A stretch of 62,750 nucleotides of DNA, counting the filler, from Nemertoderma westbladi (Eukaryota > Animalia > Xenacoelomorpha), in the NCBI GenBank assembly GCA_032718475.1. It is 3 parts of 3 records of this genome, joined end to end, with 100 filler letters (N's around TTAATTAATTAA, not from the genome) between each part and the next. Parts side by side here need not be neighbours in the genome. Positions count along the whole stretch, not along the records: positions 58,215 to 62,750 come from JAUCBJ010000327.1; 2 more parts are not named here. One strand, given 5' to 3'. Made by a program: the position numbers and the translations under genes. How positions within the stretch are numbered: position 1 is the stretch's first letter; the number at the start of each line of letters is the position of its first letter. The notes under the pieces are model-generated. The model saw only the letters and a list, made by a program, of their open reading frames with translations, made no database searches and was not told the DNA's origin. Below are positions 58,788 to 62,750 of this stretch, one piece after another.

Positions 58788-58970
58788 TTAGGAGTATGTC
58801 ATCTGCATACGAAAGGCAGCCAAGCCATTTGGTTATTGATGAAGCACCCAAGTTTGCTGTTCTCCATGTCTGTGAAGACATCTCTGAGGAAGAAGTTGAA
58901 GAGCTGTGGCGAGAGGATTTAACCTTGAAGTATGTATTCCAATTGTTACCTTGAAACCATCAATGTCAAT
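58788..58970 (-). pseudogene. Degenerate LINE RT fragment
   Basis: ILSPQLFNFFL and LGCLSYADDILL in shifted frames. Confidence 0.7.
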
Positions 58971-59217
58971 ACACTGACAAAAACTTGATAAACATATAGC
59001 TATTTGAGTAGTGATGCAGCAACATTCTACACACATATGGGTTAATTTTATGTCTCTGTTTATTGAAAAGCTTGCAACGATACACCTCATCGCAGGCACT
59101 GCTTATGTCCAGGATGTATTTTATTTTATATTTTTTCAAATTATCGGCTCAAAATATAACTTACACTCAAAATTTGAAAATACAGTACTATCTCTACAAG
59201 TTTTACTTTTTAAGGAA

Positions 59218-59711
59218 AGCAAAGGCTGGGGTAGCTCTATCAAAAATGGATACCATCTGGAAATCAGATCTCTCCAGGCACCTGAAGACTAAATTCTTTC
59301 GAGCCAGAGTGGAACGTGTATTTTTATACGGGGGTGAGACCTGGACACTGACACTGACTAAATCACTTGAACAACGAATTGATGGTTGCTACACAAGACT
59401 ACTAAGGGCAGCCCTAAACATCAGCTGGAGACAACACATGACAAACGTCGAGCTTTATGGTACAATACCACCTGTATATGCGAAGACGTGTAATGTAAGA
59501 CTATGTAAAGACGAGGTCATACCAGATCTATCTCTGGCAACCAACTCATGGAAAGCGTAGTCGAGGACGACCGGCTATAACATATATAGATCAACTTGAA
59601 AGTGGATACTGAACTTGGGAGAAACGAAATTGCGTCAACTATGGAGAATCGGGAAGCCTGGAAGGATCTCATTTCTACTGTCCGAGTTCACTCGACCTAG
59701 TAGTAGTAGTA
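59218..59711 (+). mobile_element. RTE-like LINE 3' end with (TAG)n tail
   Basis: KTKFFRARVERVFLYGGETWTLT...NISWRQH; ends CTCGACCTAGTAGTAGTAGTA. Confidence 0.85.
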
Positions 59712-60483
59712 CACGTTTTATTGGTTAATATGTCAAGACCATTCAGATTCACTGAAAATTTCAAACGAATTGATTAAAAAATGCCGGAGTAGTTGTACAT
59801 TATGAGTGGAGTAAAAAGAGACTGTGTTTAAAGTTTCAACCTTCCCGCGCAAAATCGTATGTCTCTACAGTATGTGTTTGAATATTAATTAATTAATTAA
59901 TTAAAATAATCATTAATGAATGTTATTAAGGAAGCAGATAGCTGGCATTTTCACTGCGGGGTTTTCGTAGGTCGCTGATTTCAATTCTGATGTCAGTTTT
60001 CAGGTTTAGCAAAATCTAGTCTGTCTGTCTGTCTGGCTGTCTGTCGGAGGGAAGTGTCTATCGCTGTCTGTTGGTTTGTCCTTCCAAATATAATAAAAAC
60101 ACACGAAATGCTGAAATGTAAGTTTCGCTATATGGGGGTTTTTGGTTGGTCATTTCATTTCCGCTGTCAGTTTTAATTTTTGGTTGAATTTTGTATGTAT
60201 ATCTATCAGTCTGACTGTTTGTCGTTTACAATGTCAGTATTTTCTAACCAAAACAATTAACGTTATTTCATTCGACCAATTTTCGCTAGTTCACTTTTAG
60301 CACTTGCGGTCTACAGGTCTATGTCAACTAAACGGTATGCGGGCCACTATCGGTCCCCTATAGGCAGACAGGTTTGCTACAGTACAGTCTGACAGTAGTG
60401 CAGTAGTGCTTGACAGACTAAACTAGACCATTTCATCTCTTCATCTGCTGATCTGACCATCACGTGTAACAAAGCAAACAGTA

Positions 60484-61804
60484 CCGGTGTAACAGGAAAA
60501 TATGCCCCCCCGGGAAATGTGCCCGGGGGGGCATATTTTCCTAGGAAAAAATGCCCCCCCGGGCAAATTTCCCTAGGAAAAAATGCCCCCCCTTAGGAAA
60601 TTATGCCCCCCCTGAATTATACAATAAACAAAACTTATTACTACTAAAACTTACAAAAATTATACAAAACAATAAACAGTCACAAGGAAAGGACAAGGAA
60701 AGGAGCAGGTTACAGAGGCAGGCCTTTCTAACCAAAACAATAAACGATAATTTAACTAATTGAGGGAAAGGAGCAGGTTACAGAGGCGGGATTTTCTAAC
60801 CAAAACAATAAACAGTCACTTTAGCAAATCAGGGAAAGGAGCAGGTTACAGAGACGGGATTTTCTAACCAAAACAATAAACGATAACATTACCAATTGAG
60901 AGAAAGGAGCAGGTTACAGAGGCGGGATTTTCTAACCAAAACAATAAACGATCATTTAACTAATTGAGGGAAAGGAGCAGGTTACAGAGGCGGGATTTTC
61001 TAACCAAAACAATAAACAGTCACTTTAGCAAATCAGGGAAAGGAGCAGGTTACAGAGACGGGATTTTCTAACCAAAACAATAAACGATAACATTACCAAT
61101 TGAGAGAAAGGAGCAGGTTACAGAGGCGGGATTTTCTAACCAAAACAATAAACGATCATTTAACTAATTGAGGGAAAGGAGCAGGTTACAGAGGCGGGAT
61201 TTTCTAACCAAAACAATAAACAGTCACTTTAGCAAATCAGGGAAAGGAGCAGGTTACAGAGACGGGATTTTCTAACCAAAACAATAAACGATAACATTAC
61301 CAATTGAGAGAAAGGAGCAGGTTACAGAGGCGGGATTTTCTAACCAAAACAATAAACAAATCAGGGAAAGGAGCAGGTTACAGACTTAAAAAAGCTTGGA
61401 GCTGCTCGGCGCCCACACAACACCACACACTCGCACTGCTGTTATACCAGTAGTTACTACAGTAGCCTACTGACTTAGATACTTCAGCTGTTCAGTATGC
61501 TGTTCTACATCCCTTACTGCCTTACCTGCTTACCTACCAGCAGACCGGTACCGTACTATTCTTCCAACTATTACAAGTTCTGCAGTTAGTAAATTAAAAG
61601 TGTCTACCAGCAGACCGGTATCGTACCAGTTTTCAGACTTTTGAGGGGGGCTAATTTTCCTGAGGGGAGGCATTATTTCCTAAGGAGAAAATGCCCCCCC
61701 GGGCTAAATTTCCTAGGAAAAATTGCCCGGGGGGACATAATATCCTAGGAAATAATGCCCCGGGGGGCATATTCTAGGGGGGGCTGATTTCCTTGTGACA
61801 CCGG
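60484..61804. mobile_element. TA-flanked MITE with CCGG termini
   Basis: TA|CCGGTGTAACAGGAAAAT ... ATTTCCTTGTGACACCGG|TA, with subterminal CCTAGGAAAAAATGCCCCCC repeats at both ends. Confidence 0.75.
60695..61385 (+). repeat. 68-bp tandem array with a 3-unit higher-order cycle
   Basis: 11 copies of the core GAAAGGAGCAGGTTACAGAG(G/A)CGGGATTTTCTAACCAAAACAATAAAC, separated by three recurring linkers of about 20 bp. Confidence 0.92.
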
Positions 61805-62054
61805 TACTGCTCAACAAACTACTCATTTGTACATCACGTCATTGTTAAAATTTGTACCGGTACTGTAGGCCTACACCTACAAACTGCTAGTTATACTGTA
61901 TACCAGCCTGCCCGCAGACCAGTACTGCAGTAAAAATACAGGAATACAGGAATACTCGTAGTGTAGTTCTGTATCTGTAGTTGCAGTTGTACTGCTATAG
62001 GCCTACACAATTTGCGGGCAGTGCATTCAGTCTGAGGTGTAAATTTCGGCGAAA

Positions 62055-62628
<574 letters not shown>

Positions 62629-62750
62629 ACTGATCGTTTGTTGTGACTGAGATAGAAAATGATAACCTCCTTACTGGTTTCCTTAAGTTTAGGGCGATTG
62701 GTTTGATTTATTTAAATTAATTATGGTTAATTAAACCATTTCGTTTGATG

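Noticed and set aside
58433-58881. Hydrophobic repeat proteins (IFLLS / FTLDI)n
   Set aside because: Translations of the 15-bp tandem repeat.
60695-61385. Repeat-spacer array resembling CRISPR
   Set aside because: The three linkers recur cyclically every 204 bp, so this is a higher-order tandem repeat.

Overview
AT-rich, repeat-dense eukaryotic DNA, probably from an invertebrate animal. It consists of three contigs joined by artificial 100-nt N/TTAATTAATTAA spacers (27800-27899, 58115-58214), so adjacency across the spacers is not established. Host genes: the first four coding exons of the ribosome-quality-control E3 ligase Listerin (LTN1, 42678-55273; RWD/RING exons not seen) and an RPS9 with an intronless CDS and a 1-nt homopolymer frameshift (62055-62628). 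The rest is nested mobile DNA: RTE-, CR1- and other LINE fragments; a 9.7-kb MULE with about 1-kb TIRs and a PHD-finger exon pair, which contains a Sola2-like transposon inserted in a 22-bp satellite; a solo LTR inside an RTE; several MITEs with clean TSDs; a 0.95-kb foldback palindrome just upstream of LTN1; and satellites of 15, 22, 38, 44, 53 and 68 bp. The standout is an 11.7-kb Bel/Pao LTR retrotransposon (28812-40523, minus strand, TSD AACAG). In the env position it carries an intact extra ORF of about 850 aa with a DEDDy-type (RNase D/WRN/Mut-7-like) 3'-5' exonuclease domain and three CCHC zinc knuckles, while its gag/protease region and integrase active site have decayed. All family calls rest on motifs read by eye; no database search was run.
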